From contig JBIQKU010000001.1 of NCBI GenBank assembly GCA_044506225.1, positions 1 through 58,290 on the forward strand: a stretch of 58,290 nucleotides of DNA. The letters are read 5' to 3'. The stretch is from Rubrivivax sp. (GTDB lineage: Bacteria > Pseudomonadota > Gammaproteobacteria > Burkholderiales > Burkholderiaceae_C). The position numbers were made by a program, and so were the translations under genes. Of this stretch, positions 56,771 to 58,290 are shown piece by piece. The notes beneath the pieces are model-generated. The model was not told where the DNA came from. It was given only the letters and a program-made list of their open reading frames with translations, and did no database searches. Within the stretch, counting starts at the first letter, position 1. Each line of letters opens with the position of its first letter.

Positions 56771-56965
56771 ATGGGCGAACACAAGCTCAAGATCGTCGAC
56801 GTCGCGAACGCCACAGGACTGCATCGCAACACGATCACGTTGCTCTACAACGAGACCGCGGCGCGAGTCGATTTGGACGCGATTGATCGCCTGTGCACCC
56901 TGTTCAACGTGCCTGTCGGCGAGTTGTTCGAGCACGTGCCGTCGCCCGCCGAAGACAGGCAGTGA
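56771..56965 (+). CDS. XRE (Cro/CI-type) helix-turn-helix regulator
   Basis: ORF 56771..56965 (64 aa). KIVDVANATGLHRNTITLLYNE ... LCTLFNVPVGELFE. Confidence 0.85.
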   Translation: MGEHKLKIVDVANATGLHRNTITLLYNETAARVDLDAIDRLCTLFNVPVGELFEHVPSPAEDRQ

Positions 56966-57011
56966 AGACGACCGCGCGAATCGCGCTCCCACCGCATTAG
57001 CGGCACCAACG

Positions 57012-57539
57012 ATGGATGTCTGCGATCTTTTCGCGTTAGGGTCTCGCGTGGGCGACAAGCTCGCAACCCGCGGTGAGACGATCGCGATAGCAGAGTCTTC
57101 GGCGGGTGGGTTGATTTCGGCGGCGCTGCTCTCTCGCGCAGGCGCTTCCGAGTACTACTTGGGTGGCGCGACGCTGTACACGCGTCGCTCGTTTCGACTC
57201 TTGACTGCGCTCACGCCGCAACACACCACGGGCATGCGCTCCTCGAGCGCGCCGTACGCCAAGTTGCTCGCACAGCACCAGCGTACGCGCTTCCGAGCGA
57301 ACTGGGGCTTAGCGGAGACTGGTGCCGCCGGACCGACAGGCAACCGGTACGGAGACCCCCCCGGTCACACCTGCTTGGCCGTCGATGGCCCGACAAATCG
57401 TGAGCGTGTGCTGCGCACCGATAGCGCTGATCGAGCGGAAAACATGATCGCGTTCGCGATGGCCGCACTCGAACTGCTTGAAGAAGCCCTTGACGCTACA
57501 CACGGGTCGGGCCAAGCGCTACCCGACATTGATAGCTGA
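57012..57539 (+). CDS. CinA-family (PncC-type NMN amidohydrolase domain) protein
   Basis: In-frame ATG 57012 within ORF 56883..57539. IAIAESSAGGLISAAL and GLAETGAAGP motifs. Confidence 0.8.
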   Translation: MDVCDLFALGSRVGDKLATRGETIAIAESSAGGLISAALLSRAGASEYYLGGATLYTRRSFRLLTALTPQHTTGMRSSSAPYAKLLAQHQRTRFRANWGLAETGAAGPTGNRYGDPPGHTCLAVDGPTNRERVLRTDSADRAENMIAFAMAALELLEEALDATHGSGQALPDIDS

Positions 57540-57903
57540 CACCTCGCCTCCGCGCCTGTGCAGACGCGCACGCGCGACATCAGCGACAGCGACGTGTCGC
57601 TCCGCAGCAGACGAGCGGCCGCGAAGGTCCGCTCGGCAGCGGTTGCTGCCGGTCGACTCGGCGGAGCGAAATCACGCTGACTGCCATCAAGCGGTCTCTC
57701 GCATTGGATTTGGCGGACTCTGCGAAGGTCAGCTGATCAGGTACTGCGGTCGTAGACCGGCGCACGGAGGCCGAGGCGGTCGGTGACCGCTTCCTCATCT
57801 GCCGTAGTGGCGAAACCGACCCGTAGGCGACATCGGCGACTGCGTCGTGTCACACGAGAGTGGACGCCCAACGTTCGAACTAACCGGCCTGCGGAGGCAA
57901 GCG

Positions 57904-57955
57904 CCGTAAGCCCGGCCTGAGATGATGCACCATGTGCCTCAGGCCGGGCTTACGG
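57904..57955. repeat. Perfect 18-bp inverted repeat with a 16-nt loop
   Basis: CCGTAAGCCCGGCCTGAG (57904-57921) and CTCAGGCCGGGCTTACGG (57938-57955). Sits 38 bp from the IS end. Confidence 0.8.
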
Positions 57956-57992
57956 TGCTTTCCGTAGCGGGTCCCGTTGAGCGAGGGGTTAG

Positions 57993-58290
57993 GGAAGGTC
58001 TGCGCAACACGCGCAACGGCCGGAACTGCAGGCACTGAACGAGCATGAAGCGTAAACGTCTTGGTGAAGCGGCTCGCTCGAGTGTCGCTGCGCCTCGGAT
58101 GCGGCGTTTTCGTCGCCTTTCATGCGCCTTTGGCGCTCTGCAGACGCACTCATTCGTGCGCGCCCATCAGCTTTCGCCGCGCCATCCACAGGTTGGACAG
58201 CGCGAACAACGTGACGAGTTGCGCGGTGTTCTTCGCCAAGCCGCGGTAGCGCACCTTGGTGAAGCCGAACTGGCGCTTGATCACCCGGAA
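57993..58290 (-). mobile_element. End of an IS5-family insertion sequence (continues beyond the window)
   Basis: Terminal sequence GGAAGGTCTGCGCAACA at 57993 resembles IS5-group inverted repeats and is preceded by TTAG (the IS5-type YTAR target). It contains the transposase 3' end. Confidence 0.75.
58150..58290 (-). CDS. IS5-family (DDE) transposase, C-terminal 46 codons (partial at window edge)
   Basis: Hand translation of the minus strand: [46 protein letters not shown], then stop (TGA at 58150-58152). This is a typical IS5 transposase tail. Confidence 0.8.
   Translation of the reverse strand, partial: FRVIKRQFGFTKVRYRGLAKNTAQLVTLFALSNLWMARRKLMGAHE

Noticed and set aside
57541-57900. Possible gene remnant between the CinA-family gene and the IS5 element (ORFs 57478..57786 and 57580..57798)
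   Set aside because: No frame gives a recognisable motif or coding-like composition, so the region is left unannotated.

Overview
High-GC (roughly 65-70 % by eye) proteobacterial chromosome segment, gene content most consistent with Burkholderiales; the taxon is an inference. Positions 1-19.7 kb look like core genome. They hold a REP-like repeat array, an atypical cbb3-type oxidase cluster (ccoN-ccoO-monoheme cytochrome c-SCO1-CtaG-like, preceded by nnrS), small metabolic and regulatory genes, a Cache-PAS-GGDEF sensor, a BetT-like BCCT transporter, ygiD and modABC-modE. From about 19.7 kb to the right edge the window is a mosaic accessory region. It begins at a truncated TonB-dependent receptor and continues with two orphan genes. 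Next is an 1820-codon ORF carrying two complete tyrosine-recombinase catalytic domains, followed by a low-GC two-gene module and a ParDE toxin-antitoxin pair. A five-gene cluster of two HAD-like phosphatases and two metallophosphoesterases comes next. A short-chain amide/acrylamide catabolic block follows: prpE-acuI, a TetR regulator, an AS-type amidase, and an 11-gene Urt-type transporter-amiE-CbbQ/VWA-amiC-amiR operon with a leader terminator. After a scar zone (degraded Zn-ADH, H-NS C-terminal fragment) come a three-gene module (tandem OB plus degenerate HD protein, Lon-like AAA+ without protease, DUF2384 antitoxin-like protein), a P4-type integrase with xis-like and XRE genes, a CinA-family gene and the end of an IS5-family element. 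No rRNA, tRNA or CRISPR array was found. The most unusual items are the tandem-domain giant recombinase (22587..28049), the OB/HD-Lon-AAA-DUF2384 module (51952..54884) and the HAD/metallophosphoesterase cluster (30870..34013). All family calls come from motif recognition by eye, not database searches.
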